The notes under the pieces are model-generated. The model worked only from the letters and a program-made list of their open reading frames with translations. It was not told the origin of the DNA and ran no database searches. Below are positions 19,724 to 28,958 of a stretch of DNA of 64,000 nucleotides, in pieces (position 1 is the stretch's first letter; each line of letters starts with the position of its first letter). Source of the DNA: a virus (taxonomy: Duplodnaviria > Caudoviricetes); IMG/VR virus record IMGVR_UViG_3300025018_000001. One strand, 5' to 3'. The translations under genes and the position numbers were made by a program.

Positions 19724-20044
19724 ATGACTAAAAATAATAAAAAACAATTTGGTGGTATTATCAAGGACTGGCAAGTACACACCCTTACTGTAACAAAGAA
19801 AGCAATTGATAAAGTATATCCTGGGGAAGACTTACAGCCAATGATTATTTCCGGTACTGTGGTTAAAGATGAGCTTGGTAGGTGGTATCCTGGCTATCAT
19901 ATGCGCACATCCTTGGTTAAAAAGCTTGATAGAAAAAAAGGAGAAGTAGAAACAAGGAACACAATCTACAAACTTGAAGGTAAGGAAGGTGCTGATGTCC
20001 TACCTAACATGGGAAATGATATATTAAAAGTTACTTATGATTGA
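19724..20044 (+). CDS. Conserved-looking hypothetical phage protein
   Basis: GGAGG RBS; RTSLV...ETRNTIYKL motif. Confidence 0.7.
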   Translation: MTKNNKKQFGGIIKDWQVHTLTVTKKAIDKVYPGEDLQPMIISGTVVKDELGRWYPGYHMRTSLVKKLDRKKGEVETRNTIYKLEGKEGADVLPNMGNDILKVTYD

Positions 20045-20160
20045 ATGAGGAGATAAGTATGAAAATATATGATGATAGTAGTTAGTATTTAGCCACAAGC
20101 TATAGCACAACACTTAATTGTATATAAAACTATTTATTAATCTAATTTAAGGAAATTGTC

Positions 20161-21846
20161 ATGTTTAAACGAATTACACTACTGAGTACAATCCTACTGG
20201 TAGTTCTTTCTCTGAGTTGCGGTGATGTATTTAGTAAAGGTTTCTCTGGGGGAAGTAGATCATCAGGGAGTTCTTTCAGGTCATCTTCATCGTCATCCTC
20301 AAAATCATCCTTTAAGTCACCATCATACAAATCTACATCATCCAGCTCGGTTTTTAAGTCAAGTTCATCAAAACCAGCTGTAAAATCTGCTTCGTCATCC
20401 TCATCGTCTTCGTTTTGGAATACATCAGGTAGTAAAAGTTCAGTACCTTCTAAAAGTTTTAAAGGTACTTCTAGTTTTGATAAGAAGCAAGCGTCTTCAA
20501 TGAAGGCAGCTAAAGCAGCCTCATCAAAGCAGGATTATAAAACATCTGTAAGCAAGTTCTCAAAACCTGCCGCACCTGTTTATAAGTCAACAGCTGCTGT
20601 TAAAGCAAATCCAGTATTTAAAAATGTACGTGTAAGAAGTACTGATAACTACAGTACATATTCACGAAGTAGAAGTAATTACTATGGTAGTCGTGGGTGG
20701 AACGCACCTTCTTATGCTTACCAATCAAGTCCTTCTTTTGGTATGTGGGATGGTATGATGCTTTGGATGATGCTCGACAATATGAATGATGCTAAGTATG
20801 CACGTATGGCTTACAATCAATCAAATGATCCTGGTATGCAACAATGGCGAGCAGAGGCTAACAAACTTGCAGAAAGTAATACAGAATTGAAAGCAAAACT
20901 TGCTGCAATGGATGCTAAAGTATCTGGTATGACCGGTGAAAAAGATGCATCATATATGCCTGAAGGTATTCCAGCGGCTGTTGTATTATCATCAGAGGTA
21001 CTTGCTGTAGCAAATAAAGACATAGTTCCTTTTAGAATTGCTACCGGTGGACAAGGCAATAACTATGCCCGTACAGGTAATCTGTTGAAAAAGTCTGCTG
21101 AGTCTACAATCGCTGTTGATGTTAAATATACTGCGGGTACAGGTGAGAATCTTGGTTTGTTTTCAAAAGGTGTTGTTGATGGCTTCATTGCACAAAATGA
21201 TGTAATGGATAGTATGGCACTTACAAGTGCTTCCTCAGTAGCAAAGATGAAAACAAAATGGATGGTACTATTTCAAGAACCCGTCCAAATGATTTCAAGT
21301 ACACGTGGTAGTGTTAAGAATATTCAAGATCTTTCGAATGACAATATTTTATATGTTGGTCCGGCGGGTTCAGGTACCGAAAGTACCTGGAATAGAATGA
21401 AAATGGTGGACAGAACCTATGCCAAGATTCCTACAGCTAATGCAAGCTATGCTGATGCCCTTGATATAGTGGCTAAAAATCCAAAAGCTGTAATGATGTT
21501 TGTATCAGGATTAAATTCAGGTACATTAACTGCAGCTGAAGCACGGGCTGAGAAAGACGACTTACGCCTTGTAAGTATTGATGACAGTGGTCTTCTTGAC
21601 ATACTGGATGTTGACGGTAATCAACTTTATGAAGAAACTGAAATACCATCAGAAGTTTACCCAAAACTGCAGAAAGGTTTCTTTTTGAATAAAGATATTA
21701 CAACAATCGCATGTAAAGCAGTATTCGTAGTCAATCCAGAGTGGGTAGAAAAGAATGGTGAAGAAGCTCTTACAGACTTGACTGCTGCTGCTACTGAGGC
21801 GCGTGGAACAATGAACGGCATCCTTGCCAGAACATCGGAGAATTAA
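20161..21846 (+). CDS. Exported Ser-rich protein fused to a TAXI-type (TRAP) solute-binding domain
   Basis: Signal/TM; Ser/Lys-rich region; GMWDGMMLWMMLD; FRIATGGQGNNY, YTAGTGENL, VGPAGSGTESTW. Confidence 0.7.
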   Translation: MFKRITLLSTILLVVLSLSCGDVFSKGFSGGSRSSGSSFRSSSSSSSKSSFKSPSYKSTSSSSVFKSSSSKPAVKSASSSSSSSFWNTSGSKSSVPSKSFKGTSSFDKKQASSMKAAKAASSKQDYKTSVSKFSKPAAPVYKSTAAVKANPVFKNVRVRSTDNYSTYSRSRSNYYGSRGWNAPSYAYQSSPSFGMWDGMMLWMMLDNMNDAKYARMAYNQSNDPGMQQWRAEANKLAESNTELKAKLAAMDAKVSGMTGEKDASYMPEGIPAAVVLSSEVLAVANKDIVPFRIATGGQGNNYARTGNLLKKSAESTIAVDVKYTAGTGENLGLFSKGVVDGFIAQNDVMDSMALTSASSVAKMKTKWMVLFQEPVQMISSTRGSVKNIQDLSNDNILYVGPAGSGTESTWNRMKMVDRTYAKIPTANASYADALDIVAKNPKAVMMFVSGLNSGTLTAAEARAEKDDLRLVSIDDSGLLDILDVDGNQLYEETEIPSEVYPKLQKGFFLNKDITTIACKAVFVVNPEWVEKNGEEALTDLTAAATEARGTMNGILARTSEN

Positions 21847-21848
21847 TT

Positions 21849-22568
21849 ATGTTTTCTGCACTTAAGAAGTCAATTTCTAATGCACTTAGAGCCAAAAAAG
21901 CCCCTAAAGAAGCCAACAAAATCAAGTTTGATTATGCTGGTTTGTGCGTAAGAGTTGGTAGTGAACTGGTAGTAAGCAACAATAATATGCTTATCTATGA
22001 TTCAGTTTGTACAAAACCAACAAGAACTGCTATCACTAATATAAGTATAACGTCTGTACAAAGAAGTACTATGTACAGATTATACCTTGGACCAGACCAT
22101 TTTGTGCAGATTCTCATCAATGCTAAAAATGAGGTGGAAGAGTGCCGATTGTTCAGTCTTGTACGTGTTATCCAACCAAGTACTAGTGGTGAGTGGTTGC
22201 TGTATCTGCAAGATCGTAATTATGACCCTGAGAATCTCCCTATTATTGGGCGTGATGAGGTATTCCTGGATGACGTATCGTACTGTAGATTGGAATCTTG
22301 GGCAAGTCCCGAACCACCATGGGTAGAGCCATTGAACCTACTTGAAAAACGGTATGGCGTAGATGGTGATGTATATAATATTGACAACGTTATCATGGCT
22401 TACGGTAGGTGGCTTCACGAAGGTGAAGAGATTGCAGAGTATCTGCTTATATCTTCAGAAGAGGTTGTACTGGATGGGCCTGTTGAATTTGAAGCACCAA
22501 TGGATTGTGCAGTAAGATACTATGTAGGTCTGGACATTTCTATCGACGAGCTGTCAAGTAGTTTCTAA
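21849..22568 (+). CDS. DUF2491/YjfK-like protein
   Basis: YRLYL..DHFVQI, W...L, YCRL.W...P, MAYGR...EYLLISSEE; directly upstream of pspA-like gene. Confidence 0.65.
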   Translation: MFSALKKSISNALRAKKAPKEANKIKFDYAGLCVRVGSELVVSNNNMLIYDSVCTKPTRTAITNISITSVQRSTMYRLYLGPDHFVQILINAKNEVEECRLFSLVRVIQPSTSGEWLLYLQDRNYDPENLPIIGRDEVFLDDVSYCRLESWASPEPPWVEPLNLLEKRYGVDGDVYNIDNVIMAYGRWLHEGEEIAEYLLISSEEVVLDGPVEFEAPMDCAVRYYVGLDISIDELSSSF

Positions 22569-22617
22569 TTTTATTAATTAAACCAAAAATATAAAACAAT
22601 TTTAAGGAGAAATAATC

Positions 22618-23397
22618 ATGGGAATTTTTTCACGTAAGAAATCTTTCGGCGTTAACTATGCAGCAGTAAAAGTTGGTAATGTATTTGCTAACTTGAAGAA
22701 TACTGTTGATAGCTGGGACCCAGAAGGTTCCAGTGAGGCCGACATCTTGGGTATTGACCAGCAGCTGAATGAGTTAGCCCTGGAAGCAGGACAAGTAGAA
22801 CAGAAAGTAGCCAAAGAGATGGCAGATGTAGTACGAGTACGTGCCGACTATAATCGTAAAGTGGGTGGTCTGGAAGTACTTCAGAATAAACTCGACACCA
22901 CTACCGATGAAGCGCTTAAAGCACAAATTGAAACCGTAATGGAAGAAGAACTCACCAACCTTGCCGAGTTAGAGGCACAGCTTGTTGTGGAAGAGCAAGA
23001 AGAAGTGGAAGCTGTTGAAGAGCTGGCACAAATCAAAGACCTCTGTAAGATCGTTGCAGAGAAACTCAAAACTGCGCGTAAGACTATTGAGCAGGGTAAA
23101 GCTGCTGCGGCTAAAGCTGAACGTCGTGAACAGTTGGCCTCTGAGAAAGAACAAAGAGCGAAGAAAGTTGCCGGTATTACTCAGGATATGGGGGCTGTTA
23201 CTGGTGCTCTTAATGCTTACTCAAAGAAGGCTGATGCTGCCAATGCTCGTGCTAATGCGCTGGAACTTAAAGCCAGCCTACTTGCACCAAAGGCTGCCAG
23301 CAATCTTATGGAAGAAGCTATGAAAGCTGCTGATGCTGGGTCTGCTGCTCCAAAGATGAGTATTCAGGAACGTATGGCTGCACTGAAGAAGAAGTAA
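22618..23397 (+). CDS. pspA: PspA/IM30 (YjfJ-like) coiled-coil protein
   Basis: MGIFSR amphipathic start, DPE, long coiled coil, C-terminal SIQERMAALKKK. Confidence 0.8.
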   Translation: MGIFSRKKSFGVNYAAVKVGNVFANLKNTVDSWDPEGSSEADILGIDQQLNELALEAGQVEQKVAKEMADVVRVRADYNRKVGGLEVLQNKLDTTTDEALKAQIETVMEEELTNLAELEAQLVVEEQEEVEAVEELAQIKDLCKIVAEKLKTARKTIEQGKAAAAKAERREQLASEKEQRAKKVAGITQDMGAVTGALNAYSKKADAANARANALELKASLLAPKAASNLMEEAMKAADAGSAAPKMSIQERMAALKKK

Positions 23398-23404
23398 TGT
23401 AACC

Positions 23405-23440
23405 TATAGCAGTACCTCTATTCATAGGGGTACTGCTATA
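23405..23440 (+). terminator. Strong hairpin after pspA-like gene
   Basis: tatagcagtacc / ggtactgctata 12-bp stem; no clear U tract. Confidence 0.55.
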
Positions 23441-23636
23441 ATTACTATACAAATGGAGTACAAAGTGTACATCATTCAAGCAGTGAGGCGCCTTGTTGTA
23501 CGAATGATCTGGCCCCTGGTAACCAAGGGAAGAGCGAAATGGGCTTACCGGACTGGAAAGTACTGTGCACACGAAACTAGTCTATCAGATTGCTTTGTAC
23601 TCCATTTGTATGTTAATTATAATATAGGAGAAAATA

Positions 23637-23846
23637 ATGTTTGACAACAAATATATATTTATGTTAATAATTATAGTAAATAGTTTTTCAATTGGTAGGA
23701 TGTTTGATCATATCAACGAAAGCAACGACCCATCAACCATGTTTGTTGTAGCTATAATGTTTGTTGCTATACTAATAGCTTCTTATGGGGTAGTAAGAAA
23801 AAAAAAGATAATGCCTGAAAAGGTGTGTACAAAGGAGATAATATAA
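23637..23846 (+). CDS. Small membrane protein
   Basis: AGGAG RBS, two hydrophobic segments. Confidence 0.6.
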   Translation: MFDNKYIFMLIIIVNSFSIGRMFDHINESNDPSTMFVVAIMFVAILIASYGVVRKKKIMPEKVCTKEII

Positions 23847-24568
23847 TGCAAGTATTTGCTTGTGGAGATACGCATTGTCCAATAGACATTCATAAATTGA
23901 GTGTGAAAAATTGGCCAGAGCAAAAGGAAATAGAGTTCACTAAAGAAGATATACTCATGGTAACTGGTGATTTTGGTTTATTATGGGCACCAGACTGGGA
24001 TAATGAAGAATTGTATTGGGCTAAATGGCTCACAGAAAAACCATTCACTACCTGTTTCGTAGATGGTAATCATGAAAACTTCACAAGGCTTGCGGCACTA
24101 CCTGAGATTGACTTCCACGGTGGTAAAGTAGGTGTAGCTTATGAAGATGCTAATGGTAGAATTTTACATATGAAGCGTGGTGAAATATTTATATTCGATG
24201 ACAAAAAGATATTCACCTTTGGTGGAGCAACATCTACAGATAAAGAACGTCGGTTGCTTAATATCAGCTGGTGGCCTGAAGAGGTACCTAACCATGCTGA
24301 ATGTGAATATGCTTTGAGCAACCTTGAAAAACATGGTAATGAAGTAGACTTTATCATTACTCATACAGCACCAAATACTATTATACATGCGCTAGGTTTT
24401 GATAAGTATTCCAGTAATAGGTTTAATGATCCAACAGCTGCTTTTCTGGAAGAAATTAAAAAGATTACACTATTTAAACAATGGCATTTTGGTCATTTTC
24501 ATGCTAGTGTACATAAAGATCAAAAATTTATATGTCATTATAACTGGGAACCATACAAACTTTTTTAA
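23846..24568 (+). CDS. Calcineurin-like metallophosphoesterase
   Basis: GDTH, GDFG, DGNHEN, ITHT, HFGHFH. Confidence 0.9.
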   Translation: MQVFACGDTHCPIDIHKLSVKNWPEQKEIEFTKEDILMVTGDFGLLWAPDWDNEELYWAKWLTEKPFTTCFVDGNHENFTRLAALPEIDFHGGKVGVAYEDANGRILHMKRGEIFIFDDKKIFTFGGATSTDKERRLLNISWWPEEVPNHAECEYALSNLEKHGNEVDFIITHTAPNTIIHALGFDKYSSNRFNDPTAAFLEEIKKITLFKQWHFGHFHASVHKDQKFICHYNWEPYKLF

Positions 24569-24579
24569 CAGGTGACACA

Positions 24580-25044
24580 ATGGATCAATTTGAAGGACAT
24601 TCTTTACATGTATATGGCAATGAGTTTTTAGAAAAATGTGGATTAAATGATGAGTCTACTTTTGCAGAAGTAAAAGAACAAATGTTGTGGGGTACTTATG
24701 GTAAACCTGCAAGTTTTCTTAACTTTACATGGAAGAAATTAAAAGACTGCTCCGAAGACCATCTAGAGGCAATCATGCTTCAACAGCATATTCCTGAGTT
24801 AACTCGTGTAATTATACGAAGTATTCTCGAAGATAAATATAAGCAAAAAATAGAAAATTTGCGCTATACAAGATGGTGCCGTAAAGATTATGATCCGAAT
24901 AAAGGAAATTATAACGGTTACACAGTCGTAACTATAACTAATACTGCCAACAGACATCCTGAGCAAGTAGTATACAAAGGTGACAATGGAAATATATGGA
25001 GTATACCGTTAGCTGATTGGCCAGGAAATTTAATACCTGAGTAG
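24580..25044 (+). CDS. Hypothetical protein with C-terminal DUF1653-like domain
   Basis: YTVV...EQVVYKGDNGNIWSIPL. Confidence 0.55.
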   Translation: MDQFEGHSLHVYGNEFLEKCGLNDESTFAEVKEQMLWGTYGKPASFLNFTWKKLKDCSEDHLEAIMLQQHIPELTRVIIRSILEDKYKQKIENLRYTRWCRKDYDPNKGNYNGYTVVTITNTANRHPEQVVYKGDNGNIWSIPLADWPGNLIPE

Positions 25045-25093
25045 TCATTATTAAGTAAATAACAAGAGTTAACTATAACTAAACGGAGAAGAA

Positions 25094-25897
25094 ATGCAAC
25101 GTTTATTTTGGACACTTGAAGAAGACACCTTATTGGAAAACTTGTATTTAAAAAATGCATCAGCAGAACAATTTATTTCTGCACTACCTAAAAGGTCATT
25201 ATCCGCTATAAGAAGTAGAACACACGTACTTATAAAAGAGGGCATGTTTGCAAAACGTCGCCTAAAACAAAAACCTATAAATACTGCTAATTTTTCAAAC
25301 AAGTATACAAAGAGACAATTAGAGAAAGATGCAGTTAAGGTAGTGGATAAAACAGGTGGATGGTTTGGTATACCTGGGCCAGCGATAATAGAGCATTGGG
25401 ATGTTTTTAAAAGTATTTTACGAGATAAATCACCATTCATTGCTGTTGAAGAGAATAAAAGCCAATACAATAAAATGTCACGACTGTCAGAAAATATTAA
25501 CGGTCTTACTCTTGTAAATGGTGAATTATTTAATGTATTAAAAAGTTTTGGTCAACTGTATCCATCACCAAGAGTACCATTATTTGCTTACGGTCATCTT
25601 GATTTTTGTAAAACAGCTAGAATATTATTACGTGATTATGAATTGTATTCTAATCTCATGTGGTTAGCACAATGGAATCAAATAAAATCAGTTTTTTATC
25701 TAGATGTGTCAGTATCTAGAAGACCTGATGATGATATAATATTTACTAAGTTATTTCAAGATCTTATACCATTTATATTCTCATTAAATGGATGGAATGT
25801 AACAGATCCACGAAATTTACAAAATAAGTATATAAAAACATATAGTGATGGTAACCCAATGGTTAATGCACTATTTAAAATGACTAAGATTAAATAA
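25094..25897 (+). CDS. Myb/SANT-like HTH fused to a possible Rossmann/methyltransferase-like domain
   Basis: WTLEEDTLL...LPKRSLSAIRSR; C-terminal FGIPGP...AVEE...HLDFC pattern. Confidence 0.5.
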   Translation: MQRLFWTLEEDTLLENLYLKNASAEQFISALPKRSLSAIRSRTHVLIKEGMFAKRRLKQKPINTANFSNKYTKRQLEKDAVKVVDKTGGWFGIPGPAIIEHWDVFKSILRDKSPFIAVEENKSQYNKMSRLSENINGLTLVNGELFNVLKSFGQLYPSPRVPLFAYGHLDFCKTARILLRDYELYSNLMWLAQWNQIKSVFYLDVSVSRRPDDDIIFTKLFQDLIPFIFSLNGWNVTDPRNLQNKYIKTYSDGNPMVNALFKMTKIK

Positions 25898-25916
25898 TTA
25901 AAAAGGAAGGAGTAAA

Positions 25917-26177
25917 ATGATTAAAAGAAAAGTATTGTTTTTACTTTCACTTATTCTATTATTACTATGCACTGCAGTACATAAATCCAGTATTTTGGAT
26001 AGTGTACGAGCATCCATAGCGGTAAATCAGGTGAGTGATGATGTAGTAATAAACTCTCTATCAAGAGCAGTAGCTACAGGTTCAGCACCAGAAACAATTG
26101 TAACAGTATTATTTTTAATGGCCCTAGTCGGCATAACCCTAAGTTTCTTTAAAAAGAAGGAGAAGTACAATGATTAA
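25917..26177 (+). CDS. Small membrane protein
   Basis: AAGGAG RBS, two TM segments. Confidence 0.65.
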   Translation: MIKRKVLFLLSLILLLLCTAVHKSSILDSVRASIAVNQVSDDVVINSLSRAVATGSAPETIVTVLFLMALVGITLSFFKKKEKYND

Positions 26178-27204
26178 GTTTTCTACAGCTTTTATTTGCG
26201 CAATTTTACTGGTATTATCCGGTACACTAACTGGATGCGGTCCCGCAAAAACTGATGTATTTATTGAAGTTGCCCCGAATGAGACTGCTTTTGTTATCCC
26301 TCTTGAAGGAAGTACGGAAGATCAGAAGAGAGTTCTGTCAGTTGATTATCTGAACAAGTCAAAGATTGCCACCAAAAGGATATTCCTTCCTTTACGTAAG
26401 GTAGACACAGGCAGATGGTGGTTTAATTACCAATATGTACCAACAATGCGTGTTATCACAGTTGATAGAAAACCTATCAGACTTATTTGGGAAGCTCTTG
26501 ATGGTCCGAACGGCACCAAAAATGCTGGAACAGGTATCCGTGTTGAATCACGTGATTCTATTGGCTTTACTGTAGGTATTGATATTACTGCACACATAAC
26601 TGAAGAAGATGCTGCTCTATTTTTGTATAGTTTTCCTACAGGAGACTTGAGTAAAATTCTTAACGACACCATCAAATCTAAATCAACTGAAATTCTTTCA
26701 AGAGAGTTCGCAAAATATAATCTTGAAGGACAAAAAGTTGTATATGATAAAGATGGTAAACTAGTAAAAGAAGCAGAAATGGGCGCCAGGGAACAAAAAG
26801 GTATAATAGTTGATGTAGCCAGAGCAGAACTTGTAGACTACTTTAAGAGCCAAGGTGTCACAATTGATACATTTGGTCTAGTCGGTGGTTTATGGTATGA
26901 CGACAATGCTATTCAGGAAGCAATCAATGCAAACTTTGCGAGTGCCTTGGATGTTGAGAACAAGCGTAACCTTAAAGTAGCACAGGAACAAGTTAACGCT
27001 ACTAAGTTATCTATTGCAATTAATGACAAGAACGAAGCTCTTGAATTTGCAAAAGCTGCCGAAGCTAGAACTGTACAGATTGAGTTAGAAATCAAGCGTA
27101 CATTGGCAGAAGCCGAACTTGTTAAGGCAAATAAATGGTCTGGTAATCTTCCAGCTAATATCATGCCTTCAGGCGGTGGATTTATTTTGAACACAGGTAA
27201 GTAA
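26170..27204 (+). CDS. SPFH/band-7 domain lipoprotein
   Basis: Lipobox LTGC; VESRDSIGFTVGIDITA; C-terminal coiled coil and KWSGNLP end. Confidence 0.75.
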   Translation: MIKFSTAFICAILLVLSGTLTGCGPAKTDVFIEVAPNETAFVIPLEGSTEDQKRVLSVDYLNKSKIATKRIFLPLRKVDTGRWWFNYQYVPTMRVITVDRKPIRLIWEALDGPNGTKNAGTGIRVESRDSIGFTVGIDITAHITEEDAALFLYSFPTGDLSKILNDTIKSKSTEILSREFAKYNLEGQKVVYDKDGKLVKEAEMGAREQKGIIVDVARAELVDYFKSQGVTIDTFGLVGGLWYDDNAIQEAINANFASALDVENKRNLKVAQEQVNATKLSIAINDKNEALEFAKAAEARTVQIELEIKRTLAEAELVKANKWSGNLPANIMPSGGGFILNTGK

Positions 27205-27211
27205 TATAAAT

Positions 27212-27374
27212 TTGGATGTGGCGGAATAGGTAGACGCAGGGATAGTCATTTAGAAAAAAGTACTTCGACAGACTAATAATCTGTAGGTGGAGCTTAACGT
27301 ACTTCAATGGCGAACAAAAAGAACTCCTAGGGCATGTTAAAACCCATGTATGGTGCAGATCCATACCATCCACA
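27212..27374 (+). ncRNA. tRNA-Leu-like RNA with a 79-nt structured expansion in the anticodon arm
   Basis: TGGATG/CATCCA acceptor, GCGGAATAGGTAGACGC D arm, variable arm, GTATGG-TGCAGAT-CCATAC T arm. Confidence 0.7.
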
Positions 27375-27395
27375 AATTTAGAAAGGTAATAAACA

Positions 27396-27629
27396 ATGCG
27401 TAATATAATATTAGTAGTAGTATTATGTATAGTATTCTCAACAGTTGGTTGTGCTGTTAACCATAGAAAACCATGTCATGCTAATTATGGTTCTAATTGT
27501 TATGGTGATTTTGGCTGCCACTCTAAAGCTTTTATTATGAAACATGATAAAAGTTTAACAAGATGTGCTTTAGACCAGATTGCTACTGCTAAGATGTGGG
27601 ATGAGTATTTCAAAAGTAAGAAGAAATGA
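27396..27629 (+). CDS. Small putative lipoprotein
   Basis: Signal with TVGC lipobox. Confidence 0.6.
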   Translation: MRNIILVVVLCIVFSTVGCAVNHRKPCHANYGSNCYGDFGCHSKAFIMKHDKSLTRCALDQIATAKMWDEYFKSKKK

Positions 27630-27638
27630 AAAATGAAG

Positions 27639-27721
27639 GGGAGAGATGCTGATGGTGAGTCAGTAAGATCTTCAGTGCTAGGTGGCCGCCACACTGAGTA
27701 GCTGCGAAGCTGCCTCTCCTG
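27639..27721 (+). ncRNA. tRNA-Sec-like RNA (UCA triplet, poorly paired anticodon stem)
   Basis: GGGAGAG/CTCTCCT acceptor plus G discriminator, long D stem with TGGTG loop, CT-TCA, variable hairpin GTGG-CCG-CCAC, GTAGC/GCTGC T-like arm. Confidence 0.5.
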
Positions 27722-27747
27722 AATATAAATTAAATTAATGGAGGTTT

Positions 27748-28872
27748 ATGGATAAAGTAACATTATATAAAAAATCAACAAAAACAGATAAGATACATTT
27801 TTGGTCAGTACGTGTTGAGATGGCACCGGATTTAGTTGGAGCTATACTGATACGAGAAGCCGGTGAAATGGGTGGTAAAGTAAAAATAAATCATAAACTA
27901 ATTGACAAGGGTAATAATATTGGTAGGTCTAACGAAAAATCACCTTATGAGTTAGCAGTATTCAAAGCAAATAAAATGGTAAAAGACCACTATGAAGATA
28001 ACTATCACTTCTCATTAGATGATGTTGACAATCCCATAGAGTTTATAAAACCAATGTTGGCAGAACCATTGGACGCTACTAAGTTAGTATTTCCATGTTA
28101 TGCTCAACCAAAGATGAATGGAGTACGTTGCTTCTCTCTCAGACACTTAAATGACCCCACCATGTGGTCAAGAGAACGTAATGAGTATGCTGCTATAAAA
28201 GAAATAAAAGAAGCCGTAGGCGTGTATTTTGGAGTTAATTCGCCTGATGGAGAAATATATGATCCTGAGAAGTCATTCCAAGAAATTATAAAAGCGGTAA
28301 AGAAAAGAAGAGAAAGTACAAAAGATTTAAAGATGTGGATATACGACCTAGCTATTCCTGGTGTACCATTTGCAGAGCGTAATGCAATGATACATGATAT
28401 CTTTGAAACACATAAAGATAATGGCATACTAGATTATTTTTATGAAGTTCCTACCGTAATAGTAAACTCATTCGAAGAGTTGGATGCATTACATGACCAA
28501 TGGGTATTAGAAGGTTTTGAGGGATTAATATTAAGACTACCTTCAGGACTTTACGAATTTAATGAACGTACTTTTAGCCTTGTAAAATATAAAAAGTTTG
28601 TTGATGATGAATTTGAGATAATTGGATTTACTTCAGAAATATGGCACGATACCATAAATAATGTATTTAGAGAATTAGTTATATGGAAATGTAGAACAGA
28701 AGATGGTATGGAATTTGATGTACGCCCTGCTGGATCATTTTTACTAAGGGAGGTAGCCTATAAGTCAGCTGAGAAACAGATGGGTAAACCATACACAGTT
28801 AAATTTCAGAACTACTCTGATGACGGTATTCCAATATTCCCAATTGGTTTAGCTATGAGAGACTATGAATAA
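27748..28872 (+). CDS. lig: ATP-dependent DNA ligase
   Basis: YAQPKMNGVRC (motif I), DGEIY, YDL, EGLILR, KYKK, OB-fold end FPIG. Confidence 0.9.
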   Translation: MDKVTLYKKSTKTDKIHFWSVRVEMAPDLVGAILIREAGEMGGKVKINHKLIDKGNNIGRSNEKSPYELAVFKANKMVKDHYEDNYHFSLDDVDNPIEFIKPMLAEPLDATKLVFPCYAQPKMNGVRCFSLRHLNDPTMWSRERNEYAAIKEIKEAVGVYFGVNSPDGEIYDPEKSFQEIIKAVKKRRESTKDLKMWIYDLAIPGVPFAERNAMIHDIFETHKDNGILDYFYEVPTVIVNSFEELDALHDQWVLEGFEGLILRLPSGLYEFNERTFSLVKYKKFVDDEFEIIGFTSEIWHDTINNVFRELVIWKCRTEDGMEFDVRPAGSFLLREVAYKSAEKQMGKPYTVKFQNYSDDGIPIFPIGLAMRDYE

Positions 28873-28958
28873 GTAAAACAAGTGGAAGAAAAGTATAGGA
28901 CTTTTAGTGTAATGCTAAGTTGATTCAATTATCACTTCTTCTAAATAAAGGAATAAAC

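Noticed and set aside
27182-27373. ORFs overlapping RNA genes (27182..27373, 60669..60875, 61196..61396, 63369..63554, 63507..63719)
   Set aside because: They coincide with tRNAs or structured RNAs and have no coding signal
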